A stretch of DNA of 62,080 bases, the filler included, from Dirinaria sp. TL-2023a (lineage: Eukaryota), in NCBI GenBank assembly GCA_051941275.1. It is 10 parts of 10 records of this genome, joined end to end, with 100 filler letters (N's around TTAATTAATTAA, not from the genome) between each part and the next. Parts side by side here need not be neighbours in the genome. Positions count along the whole stretch, not along the records: positions 31,136 to 37,250 come from JAVEBF010001534.1; positions 37,351 to 43,462 come from JAVEBF010001535.1; positions 43,563 to 49,669 come from JAVEBF010001536.1; 7 more parts are not named here. The stretch is one strand, 5' to 3'. The notes beneath the pieces are model-generated. The model ran no database searches. It was not told the DNA's origin and saw nothing but the letters and a program-made list of their open reading frames with translations. The translations under genes and the position numbers were made by a program. Positions 35,627 through 46,858 of this stretch are shown here, in pieces. The number at the start of each line of letters is the position of its first letter. Positions within the stretch are counted from its first letter, which is position 1.

Positions 35627-37250
35627 ATGAGATTTGAGCGCGACTTCTACCAGCATCTGGTACCGGGTAGGGAGGCGTCTTACCTCGAATATGCTGCATG
35701 CAAGAAATTATTTACAAGTACTCGGATCAGGGCAAGCAACGAAAGCAAGAGTCCCAACTTCGAAGGTAAGTACTTCATAACTCCAGATTGCCATGTAGCG
35801 CTATCTTCTACTGCTAACCTCTTCTCAGCTCTACATCAAACCCTGTCCGCGGAAGCAGCGAAGGTTGAGCGCTACTACCTCAGACATTTTAGTCAGATTC
35901 AACGAGCTATCGAGGCTTCGCGTGCTTGGTACGGCATAGACAAAGAATTCAACATCGAGGTATCTCTGCAACGAGTGAACCTTGAGGAGTTACGAAGCCT
36001 TTCGAGAAAATTTTGCTACCTTCTAACAAAGCTTCAAGAAGTATTTCAGTACGGGCATTTAAATCGGCAAGGCTTCTCTCGAATTCTGGACAAAATCGAA
36101 AGAATCGACGATCAGCACAGGAATGTCTTTGGCGCATACGCACGAATGAGGATACCGTCCGCAAATCAAGTAGAATGCTTACAGGAGATTGAGAAGCTTC
36201 GCAACTTCGTTTCCGCCTTGGGGCGTATCTGCGTTTTGGATGCTCCTGACTCAGCAATGCTTTCGTTACGTCTGAGGTTGTTCCAACGTACCTCCCACCC
36301 GTTTGCGGACTCCATAGAGGATTTATGTTTGGCGATCTACGAAGATGAAGCTTCCAGTCTACAGCAACTGTTCCAGGAAATAGGGCTAGAATCTCAAGCT
36401 TTGGAGAAAGAAAGGCAATCACTACTCTATGATCTGCTAGAGTATGCGGCCATGTGTTTTTCAAGAACTTGCATTGGGTTTCTGGCTAGATACATCCAAT
36501 CATCAGCACCTATAGACCTCAATGGCACAGGTAGCATCTTCCACCGCTTGACTGAGTCTATCGGTCTAGCAAGGAAGCCTGTGATGGATGCAGATGATCA
36601 TCGTGACAACCCTCAATCAGTCAGACACAGCACAGCAAGTCGAGCTCAGCTAGTTTCATATATTGTTCATATGCTTGCCAAAAATCTATCCCCAGCGCTT
36701 GACACAAAGGACTGTTTCGGGCGTTTGCCTCTTCACTATGCTTCTTCGTACGGTCTGACTACATTGTGTTCAGCTTATCTGGCGCATATGGTGCCAAACC
36801 GAGATGCTTCATCTGCTCAAATTTTACAACCGTTCCTCTCCGCCGACGTCGATGGGTATACAAGCTTGCAGCTAAGTGTTCTTGGTGGTCATGTTGAGAC
36901 CACAAATATCCTCCTTGAGACTTTACAATCTGCGACTACTGTTGATGGCATAGATTTCGGCGATCGACCACGGACTATCATTGAGGAGGCGCTGGATGTA
37001 GCGCTTGCTGGTTTGAATGATCCCAAGCGGTCTCAACTTGCCGAATGTCTAACGTCTTCACTGCCGAATTTCGACCACACAAGACTAAATTCTCAAAAGG
37101 CACTACACCTGGCAGCAAGATATGGCTGCGAAAGTGTGTTGGAAGACATAGTCAAAAAAAGCTCAAATCCCAGCAAGCTTCTCAATCAGCCAGAGTCATT
37201 GCATGGCCGAACAGCGTTGATCATAGCGTGCATTGAAGGCCACTTGAATG
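35627..37250 (+). CDS. SPX-ankyrin protein, divergent Gde1-like (glycerophosphodiesterase family); 3' end missing
   Basis: MRFERDFYQHLVPGREASYLEYAACKKLF and LNRQGFSRILDKIER match the SPX start and end motifs. Ankyrins are GRLPLHYAS, GYTSLQLSV, ALHLAARYG and GRTALIIAC. A GDPD domain is not visible before the contig end. Confidence 0.75.
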
Positions 37251-38028
37251 NNNNNNNNNNNNNNNNNNNNNNNNNNNNNNNNNNNNNNNNNNNNTTAATT
37301 AATTAANNNNNNNNNNNNNNNNNNNNNNNNNNNNNNNNNNNNNNNNNNNNTGGAATGAGAGAAGTGACAATGACGCACTCGACCTTTGGGAGGATGTTGA
37401 AAGGATAGCAGTCTCTCAACCTGGTGGATGGGTTATCTTGATATTACTGTGAAACACCCCACCCAGGTGGCTACCTTAGAAACCAAGTATCGACCGGAGG
37501 CTTCCTCTCGATTATGGAATGGCTGTGACGATGCTTCACGACCGTACACGCCCGCCGACTGGGATTACCAATTTACTTCGCACGATTGCCGTTTGAGGAA
37601 AATATGCCGCTTCCTATACCGATTCGCCGGCTCTTGTGGTATATTCGTTTGCGCAGATGCTCGGTCAATATTCCACTGGATATAGTGAGCTCTGTACTTC
37701 CCAAGACACGTGTTCTCGTTGTCACAAGATGCATCGAAAATTGGTTTGAACGGACTCTTTCCAGTTCAGAGGTAGTCTCCCTCATCTACTTCTGTCTCAA
37801 GTCTGCTTTGGGATTCTCATCCCCGGCACTAATACGACGCAGTGAGACAGTCAAGGCCCCGTAGAAAGCCATTGATAATGTGGCGTATTTCCTGGTACCG
37901 AGCGAATGCAGATATTTACCTGACATAACTAGCGATCATATCGTCGCCCTGGAGAGCATCTTGTTCATCGTCTCAGCCAAAAAACTAATAAGCAATCTCA
38001 CGTGTCGTCTTTGCTTTCCTTGGTCACC

Positions 38029-39353
38029 ATGCTTCTCTTCATTCTCGCTTCAATCAGTCTCAGCAGCTACCTCTGGACCTTTGCTTCGGCAGATCCAGCA
38101 TGCCCTAACACTCTGGCAATCTATAACCCGAATATTCGGACAATGTGTTCTAATGCTAGTAACGCTCTCCTGTCTAGCTCCTTTTCATCTGCTTTTTTCT
38201 GTTTTACTGCAAGCTGGCAGATCCGGTGCTAAAAAAAAATCTAAGCATGGTTTATTCTCCCCGTTGAAACATCAAAAGTCCAAGATGTCACCCCCTATCC
38301 CCTCATAACGCCACCATATTCTAATAAGACGATTTTTCCGAACGGTTTTCCTGCTGGTACCCATCCAGTCGTCGTCAGCTCTTCGTTTGGGAATGACATT
38401 CGCATGATCAACTTGCAGATTCCTGCCCTTAAAATGGGCAGCATCTATGTACCATATACCGATCGTCTTGAGGACGGTGAGACGCCTTTCAATTACGTAA
38501 GTTCCCAGGCTACCAACCATTCCAATCTGAAGAGCAGAATATAATACCATCATGAGCATGGCAAAGTCTTTTAGCTGCGATACTGACTTCTATCTTTGAC
38601 AGCCGCTTAGAAATTATGTACGTCACAGCGAACCCTAGTCGGTCCTGTTTCCTTTCTCTTAGGGCCACTACTCAGCTTCAAAAGCCCCCTTCTCGAGACT
38701 CGCCGGTCATGATTCCGAGGATGCAGTACTAATGTCTTCTTATCTTCAGATTGGGGGTGTAGACGGGCAGAGTCTCGCTTTCGTTCAAGGATTGGTACCT
38801 GGTATGCTCTTGCACGAATCAATACCAGCCAGCATCTACCCTCTATAACCACTGACTTCTGTTCATTTCAGCACTCGTCGGCTCAGCCGAAGGAACGCCT
38901 ATTTTGGTGGCGACAATAACGCCGAACGATAATGCGTACGCGCCAATAGCGTCAAGCCCAAACGAATTTTCTACAGAAGTAAAGCAAGTCATCGTTCCAA
39001 ATCCTATCTCTGGTCCCTCGGTTGAGCCAGAGGCATTCGATCTCGATTTCATAACAGCGAAAAAGTCTCTCTATACCGCGCGGACCTTCCACGAGCTTAT
39101 CAACCAGCCTATAATCCTGAACAACGGCGAATGCCAGCGCAATATATACTACTTTAATAATACCTTCACCGAACCTGTACTGAGGTCCGGTAACGCTACG
39201 TTGGTTGGTCCCCTGGCTGGGAACGTGCCTGCCGCTTTGGCAGGCCAGTATTCCCTTCAAGGCGGATATTCAGCGAGTGCTGAAAATGTTGGATACAACG
39301 CGGAGCCGTGCGTCAACTCGGCAAAGAACGTTGATCCATCTGCTTTGCAATGA
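38029..39353 (+). CDS. Secreted fungal hypothetical protein (multi-exon)
   Basis: Signal peptide MLLFILASISLSSYLWTFASA. Later exons read WFILPVETSKVQ...FPAGTHPVVV...DIRM...IYVPYTDRLEDGETPFNY, and the final exon ORF is 38904-39353. Internal splice sites are approximate. Confidence 0.65.
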
Positions 39354-39928
39354 ACTTTGGCATTCCTGATATTGGAATATTTTCTGCTCGCAGGTCGTTC
39401 AGCGATTACATGCATTGTACCTATCGTCGCTTTGTTAACTTGAGAGAATATCGAGATGCTTAATAATGGCTCCCATTCTCAATTCAGGTCATTGTTACCT
39501 GCGTATACCTTTTTGTGCCTCACCTCACTTTGATATGATTTGGCAATATTACCTTAGCGAAGATATACGATTCTCTGGGACCGAGAAGGCGCGGTGGCTC
39601 CTGAAAAACAGTATCGTAACGATTAATAAGGTGTCTATACAGTGTCTACACGGTAATTTTCGACTAATAAGGGTGTCTATACTGTTTTTCAGAAGCCACC
39701 GCGTCTTCTCGGTCCCAGAGAATCGTATATCTTCGCTAAGGTAGGGTTGAAGAGAAGTTTTCCCGTCATCTTTTAACCCTAAAGACTTTCTCTACCTTAA
39801 GAGGCACTTCAACGGAAATGTACCTGATTGGTAAATCTCGACAATCAAATACAGCAATGAATATGTGAAGATTATCGTGATCAAGCAGTGGTACGCCACA
39901 TGCGACGATACATATAATTCAACGGAAG

Positions 39929-40776
39929 ATGAGCGATTTCTCTGAGGCACAGGGGTACGGTACAGCAAGGGCCTTCATTGGCTTTGAAGCTCATGGCTCG
40001 ATAGTTCTAAGCATTCTGACCTGGCATCCTCTCCCGGCCCTGGAGGATCAAATCGTAGTCCTGACCTCGATACGTACCTCCGCGCACAGCTCGCAGGAAT
40101 CTATGGCTCCCCGGCTTTCGGGACTGATGAGTGGAAGAAATCACCGAGCCAATATGATGCGGACATAGCGTTGGATGGGACCAAGGACGACATGGCAGAT
40201 ACGTACAGCTTTCGTCTCTTCGCGAATCCGTCCGCGGCAGCTACAAAAGTGGTTGTGCGATCGCCAACGCCAGCAGATCGGGAACCAGGCTTTGTCAACC
40301 CTCGTAGGAAAGATAGCTATTACTTCACAGGTCTTGCGGGGAGAGAGCGTGAAGAACAATATCAGCATACTGCTATTGCTGGAGAGCGGATCGTTGAGGA
40401 ATCAAGTAAACACTGGGTATTTTTAGCCCCTAAGACGGCCCCGCCTATGCCGCTCACAAGATTATAGCCTGGTTGCGAGCTTCCTTGGCGGGTTCTTTCG
40501 ATTAAAGCTTCTGACGTGCGAAATGCTCTCGGAGGTGAAATCACAAGAGATATCGGCTCGCAAAAGAAGCGAGGAAGGATTGGCAAAAAAAAACGTATTG
40601 CAATACGTAAGCGCATTGCTGTTGCGAACGAGGTCAAATCGAGGGCACAGAACGCCGAAGCTGAGAAGGAAATTGTAGAGAAAGAGAAGCGGACGAGGAG
40701 GAATCGCGAGAAAAAGGTCAAGAAGAAGCAAAGGGAGAAGCTGAAAAAGGCGCAGATCTCCGAAGAGCCAAAGTAA
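39929..40776 (+). CDS. DUF2011-family basic fungal protein
   Basis: Spliced reading YSFRLFA...VRSPTP...GFVNPRRKDSYYF...W|PGCELPWRV...RIGKKKRIAIRK...EKRTRRNREKKVKKKQREK. The start codon is tentative. Confidence 0.75.
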
Positions 40777-41267
40777 TTGAAAATCGAACAACGATGGGCC
40801 AATATCACACAACTACATTCCCTGTGCGATGAAGAACGTCGAGCCATGAAAGCACAAACATAGTTCTTGTCACTTCAATCCGACACTGCTCTCGGGCGTC
40901 ACTACCATTACTTAGTATGCTTCACTTATGGTACTAATGGACATTTTACGTAAGAAGGCAGGCAAGTGTTGAGCCTGGAATCTTTTCCCGTGGAAGGGTA
41001 CACGCAATTCATATCCGCACACCACGTTCATCTCGGTGTCAAGGCATTCCGCAAACCGTTCACGCTTCTATTCCAAAGGAATTTGGATTCGATTTAGATT
41101 GAACGAAGCAGCATCATGTGTCAGGGTGGGCCAAAGCCGGTTTCCAGCTTTCCGAGGCAAGTGACGGGGAACCGTGGACCTCGTCACTGGCAAAGTTGGT
41201 CGTTCGCGTCCTCTAGCACACCTGACTCATGCACCACATACATATCATCAAGAACCTCAGAAACAGC

Positions 41268-43148
41268 ATGTTCGATATTCCAGCGCTCCTGTTGTTTCTG
41301 GCTTCTATCGTTCACTGCCAGCTTTGCTACACTCCCAGCGGAGGTATACTCGAGGGCTATGGGCCCTGCAATCCTACGTATGCATCAAGCCTCTGCTGTG
41401 CTGTAGGTGACCATTGTTTGTCGAATAGCCTATGTGAGACTGCGAACTCGATCTTCTACCGCGGTGGGTGCACAAGCAAGGCCTACCTGAGCGGAGAGTG
41501 TCCCTCCTTCTGTGGAACAGGTACATTCTATTTGACTTCTGCTAGATTTAGCTGGTCCGCTAATTGTGTCGCTAGGAATCCCGTATTTTCCGCCTGGGAT
41601 TTCTCCGAATTCTGGTGGTTCTGCAATCCGTGTTCGTTTGGTAAGCATCCTCGACCTCGGAATCGCTCTGGCATGTACGCTATTGAAGGGAGATATGGGA
41701 CCATTCTTTCCTTTAAACCTCAATAGACAATGCCGCCTAAGCGACAGGAGGGTAGACTGATTTTGAGATTTATTCAGTGCAACCCAACCAATTCGAAGAC
41801 TTCGGAAAGACAATTTTGCTGCGATATTGATGGCACTGGTGGTTGCTGCGAGTCATCGATAAATGACTTGGATCTGAGCGATGGCAGCTCGACCATGACA
41901 GCACAACCTGCCACATCTACATCATCCGTGTTAGCAACACCTGCCGGCACCCCTACGTCCAGATTTTTGATCAACTATAGCCAAACACGAATAACAACCA
42001 CAGCCCGTGCTGCACCGACCATATCGAGCACATCTACTGCATCAGAAGCTTCAACACCTGCAAAAGCCACATCATCGGCTACTCCTCAGTCGTCTATCAA
42101 TGCAACCGCTATTGGTGCCGGGATAGGCGCAGGTCTCGGAGGAGTCGTAGCCATGGTCAGTGTCGTAATTTGCTGTCGGGCATATCGGCGGCACAAGAAG
42201 CATAAATCCTTGATCAAGCGTGGCCACAAGCGCCAGCCGTCTATCTTTGGAGGAAAGGAAGTCGTCAGCAGCAACTCGCTCCTGGCGTTGTCAGGAGACC
42301 ACAGTAGTTGGATGACGATGTCGCCATCTACACCCGTGGAACTTCCATCACCGCTAGCTCCCCACACAAGCGCGTTCAGAGCCATGCCATTGAGCCCAGC
42401 AGGCGGTCCGTTTGAGCTCGCCGCAAGTTCCATAGCAGGCCGAGCCGAACTGCCAGGTGACCTACCTCCCGAGCTGCCCGAACAAACCTCGCGCCATAAC
42501 AGCCAAGATATGGTGCGATCTAAATCGACGCGCTCCAAGAAGCTGAAGATCTTGAACCGGGCTATATTCCGCTCGCCATCTTTCTCCGCTTGGAGACCGC
42601 CCGCCGAACTGGCTTCTACCCCGGCTTCGGTGAAAACTGACAAATCTGTTCAGACATTTACTAGGGCAAAGAGTCAGAGCCGGAGTCTTGATGCAAGGAC
42701 CAGTGCACAACGTGATCATACGCAGGTTGTGGAGGGAGCTTCTCAGACCTCTACAAGAGCGAAGAGTCAGAGCCGAAGCCTCGACGCAAAGCGCAGCGTC
42801 AAACGCAAAATTCAGCAGGCTGCGGAAGTATTCGTACCTTCACAGGCCTCTACCAGGGGGAAGAGTGAAAGCAGCTGCAGTAGTGAAAAGAGCGGTGTAA
42901 GTCATGAAAGAGGAAGGTCTAGCGAGGCAAGAGCATTCTCTCCACCCTCTGCCGAGCCGAGAAGCGACACCAAAAATGATACTGCAAAGGGTGGTGTACA
43001 ACACGTTGGTGACGAAGAAAAAGAATCCAGCCATGCAAGAGTATCCGCACTAACCCCTCCCAGATCCAAGAACGAGCACCAACACAGTGAAATACAGCAC
43101 CACAGAGAGGAGGCTCCTACAGATGTGAAAGAATGTCCAATACCTTGA
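41268..43148 (+). CDS. Single-pass membrane protein with Cys-rich ectodomain, Ser/Thr stalk and long disordered tail
   Basis: Signal peptide, then CYTPSG..PC..CC..CLSNSLC..RGGCT..CPSFC and a probable short exon at about 41576-41640, then FCC..GCC, an S/T stalk and TM helix AIGAGIGAGLGGVVAMVSVVICC followed by RAYRRHKKHK. Confidence 0.82.
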
Positions 43149-44247
43149 AAAGAAGTCTGTAAGAGAGCATTGAATGTTTCTTCTTGAGCAGGGTGGCTTA
43201 GATATGAAAGACAAGGGAGCAAAATGTGAATGGGAGATTTTTTTTTTGTGGGAGACTGTTGACGGCGGATGGATATCATTTGCATTTTTTTTCTAGGGAT
43301 AGCTCATGTATTGAGTAGGAACAATGATAGTGAGAGAGACGGAGCGGGGAATGTATTTCAAACAGTATGTTCTTTTGTTTTCTGGCTTCATGATGTAGGC
43401 ATACATATAGCGAACTACCTTACCACATCAGTAGTCGAAACTATGTACTTGCCTACCTTACCNNNNNNNNNNNNNNNNNNNNNNNNNNNNNNNNNNNNNN
43501 NNNNNNTTAATTAATTAANNNNNNNNNNNNNNNNNNNNNNNNNNNNNNNNNNNNNNNNNNNNTCTCTTTTAGGTCTATTTATCAGAGATATTATTGATGG
43601 ATCTATATCATACTTCTATTAAAGTAAGGGTTCCTATACGCTGTGGCTACGATATTGAGCTGTTTCTTGCTTCGATGAGTTATGAAGGAAGTTATGTGAC
43701 CGTCTCCGACAACAGCTATTTATTACTACTTTCCTGCTCACTGCATCGATTACCATGCGTTCTCACATAATAATGTTTCTATCGACGAGCTTTTTTCGGT
43801 CTTGAGGTTGTTGCCGATAGGAGCCGAGGGTCGGATATGATGACTGCGTGCATTTTTCCATTGGGGTCGGACTGTCCTCCTCCCTCGAGAAATATCATAT
43901 GGCGTTTGCAGTCACGGAAATAGTGGAAAGGAATTATAGCAATGAACTCGGGGTCTCCTTGCTACTATGAGAATAAGTACCTGGGTGGTCCTGCTCTGAG
44001 CGGCTCTAATCCAAAATCCCAAGCAGATTTTTGGACTATCATGTACGATCGTTCCGAAATTCTTGATTTTTTAATGGTACGATATCTTAAGCTCCTTTTG
44101 TGCCGCTTGTAGCTTTTGACTGGACTTCGAGAGCTCATTCTCGTAGTGGTTGATTTTGGCGTCCCAGTAGTTCGAGCAAATCTGTGCCTCGCGACGGCAA
44201 TAGCAACAACTCCTACAAAGCGGCGGAGTCCTTAGTTTCAGATCTCG

Positions 44248-44557
44248 TTTGCTTCTCGTGCTATTCTGAGCTTCTCCATTTCGTGATTGGGTTCTTCGCA
44301 GCCGCTCAGTCTTTTGCTCGGGGGTTTCCTTTGCTTCTCGTGCTCTTCTGAGCTTTTTCTTTCGTAAGAGTGCTTCGCAGTCGCTCAATCTTTTGCTCGG
44401 GGGTTTCCTTTGCTTCTCGTGCTATGTATTCTGAGGCTTTTTCATTTCGTAATTGGGTTCTTTCGCAGCCGCTCAGTCTTTTGCTCCGGGGTTTCCTTTG
44501 CTTCTTGTGCTCTTCTGAGCTTTTTCATTTCGTAATTGGGTTCTTTCGCAGTCGCTC
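44248..44557 (-). repeat. Minisatellite of about 3.7 copies of a 79-89 nt unit encoding ERLR...EAKETPEQKT
   Basis: Units start GAGCG(A/G)CTGCGAA and measure 84, 89 and 79 nt plus a partial fourth, all sharing AGAAGCAAAGGAAACCCC.GAGCAAAAGA. Confidence 0.9.
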
Positions 44558-44644
44558 GAATCATCTTCATTTGCTCTTAGAGTGCAGAATCGTTCTGTGA
44601 TGGAGTTCTTGAGGAGGTGCTATATCGCGTTCGATGTACATACG

Positions 44645-46360
44645 CTACGAGACACCATTCTCGATTTCAAAACACGTCCAACAGAGCCATTGGCGCCTAT
44701 ATTTCAGTACTGCTGGGTCACGCGCACATTTTCCACACAGACCTTGGTAGTGTGATGCTGATGGATGATGCGGTGCTTCGGCTGCCAATTCCGCTGGAGT
44801 AGTTGCAAACACGGACTTATTTTGCCGAGGCGGCCCAGATGTTGGTGCGATACTTGGGGCATCATTCATGACTCCAGCGACAGGATATGTGAACCGGTTC
44901 TCTCGATGATTGTCTCTCTGAACAGACTGCCCCACCGATCTCGCCCCAGCTTGAGCAACATGCGCCGCTTGAGAATCTCGATTTGAAGGCTCCATATTTT
45001 GGCTATTGACCTAACAGGGATGACAGTATTTTCTATTTAGGTCTCGAACGACTCCTGTCTGCCGCCTGCAAATGTCACACAGAGCTTCCAAATCCTCCAG
45101 TTCGAACGATTGGCGCTTCTCGCTTACCGGCTCTAAGAAGCTGACATGCCGTCGATTGCTCAATCCTTCTGCAACTTCACACGCGGCTGCCGAAGGTTGA
45201 GCCGAGATAGGGATAGCTGAAGCTGTCCAGTGTTGCGCTGCCGCTTCGCCAAGGTACTTCCAGCAGTCATCGCATAAGTGGCCAGCCTGCCTTGTTCGTA
45301 CGGCCGATCTTGAGCCACACCTTTCGCAAGAAGAGCCAGTCCAAGCTTCTTTTTCGTTTTGCGCACTTCTCGACGCTCGACGTACTGCAGTCCAGCAATC
45401 GTCGCAGAATGAGCCAGCTTCTGCCATAATCGAAGATGGTCTTGAATCACATCTCATGCATAGATTGGAGGGTGTGGCGTGTGGTGTACTCTGCCTAGGT
45501 GTAGCTTCACAAAATGTAGACCAACACTCTTCACAGAAGTCACCTGCCTCCTCCATTCTTGTCACTCGTCGAGTTCGGCAAGCAGTGCACCTGTGTACAA
45601 TTGCTGATCCTCCTGTATACACTGCTGGAGTGAAGGATGATGGCAGTGGCTGGCATGGAGCATGGTATGAAGCTTGATATGGCCCTGGAGACTCCAGCGT
45701 ACCAACGAAGTACGGACGATATTCTGCTCCAGTGTCCGACGAATGCTGTTCTTCATGAGGCATCTGCCGGGCTGTGTCACGTGTTAATGGACCGGAGACG
45801 TGATGGTCATCAACAGCAGAAGCAAAGATATATTCGCACTCTGCCAGTCGGGTCTCTCTTTCTAGGCTTAAGGGTTCGGTTGCAGCCTCGGGGTCAGTTA
45901 TTGCATGCTGTGGTGTTGGCTGTTGCGGTGCCGACGCTGATCGTTGGCCCTGCCGCTTCCTAACAAATTTCCCTTTCTCGACATAGCTTTCGACAACGCG
46001 AGGAAAGAGCTTGTCCTTCACCTGCTCTGTGCAACCTTTTCTCCGAGCCAGCGGTGGCTTTGCATTTGCCGTTGGTTTTTCCTGGTCAGGCCGAGATGAA
46101 GCATCTACAGCATTTGTTGGTGGTGTAATATGGTCGAGGAAATTTGGTGGTGCAACGCCTGGCGGGTAAGGATTCTCAAAAGATCCCAAGGGAGGCACAG
46201 GATTCGATGGTGATGGTCCGTGGTTTGCAGAGCGTATAGTGGTAGCCTGCGACAGAGAACGCTCTAATGCCGGCCTATCCTGAGTTATATCTTCACCAGA
46301 TATACGAATATCCTCAAAAGATTGGCTTCTCCGACAGAAGATATACTGCTTGTTCGGCAT
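44645..46360 (-). CDS. Protein with five tandem C4 zinc-finger-like repeats, interrupted by one in-frame TAG (45011-45013); possible pseudogene
   Basis: ORFs 45011-46666 and 44645-44995 share a frame and are separated only by the TAG and 5 codons. There are five CX2C-X14-CX2C repeats. The likely ATG is 46360 (MPNKQYIF). Confidence 0.7.
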
Positions 46361-46858
46361 TGCAATGAACAGACTCAACTTAGGAGAAGCAGGGATTATT
46401 GTTCGAATATGGGTGCAGCAGTAATGAAATTTAATGCTGAGCAGGCGAGAACTGGAGGTATGGTAATATAGTAGACAGATCTTTATATAGATGGGCATTA
46501 AAGGAAGTGTGTAGAACATGATGTGTAAGACGTCAGTTGTGTAGAATGTAAGATGTGTAGGACGGTGTGGGATGTGAGAGATATGGGGCTTGAGAGGTGT
46601 ACCAACATCTTTGACAAGCATAACAACACATCCGCTATGCTTGAAGATACAGATCTGTACTATCAAGGTTGTGGCACCAGAAGCGGGATCGAGTGATTGT
46701 CAATATTTGTGAGCCACAAGGATACAGCTTCGTGCTTTTGAAATTTATGACTATCGCGATTGGAACACATGGCCAGCAGAGCTCGATTAGACCATACACA
46801 ATCTTGATTGCTCTTTTGTACGGTTGAGATGACATTGATCCAGAGAGGAGCTTTAGAC

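Noticed and set aside
46361..46666. Extra 102 N-terminal codons on ORF 45011-46666
   Set aside because: The start is non-ATG and the composition looks like UTR or intergenic DNA; ATG 46360 is more plausible.
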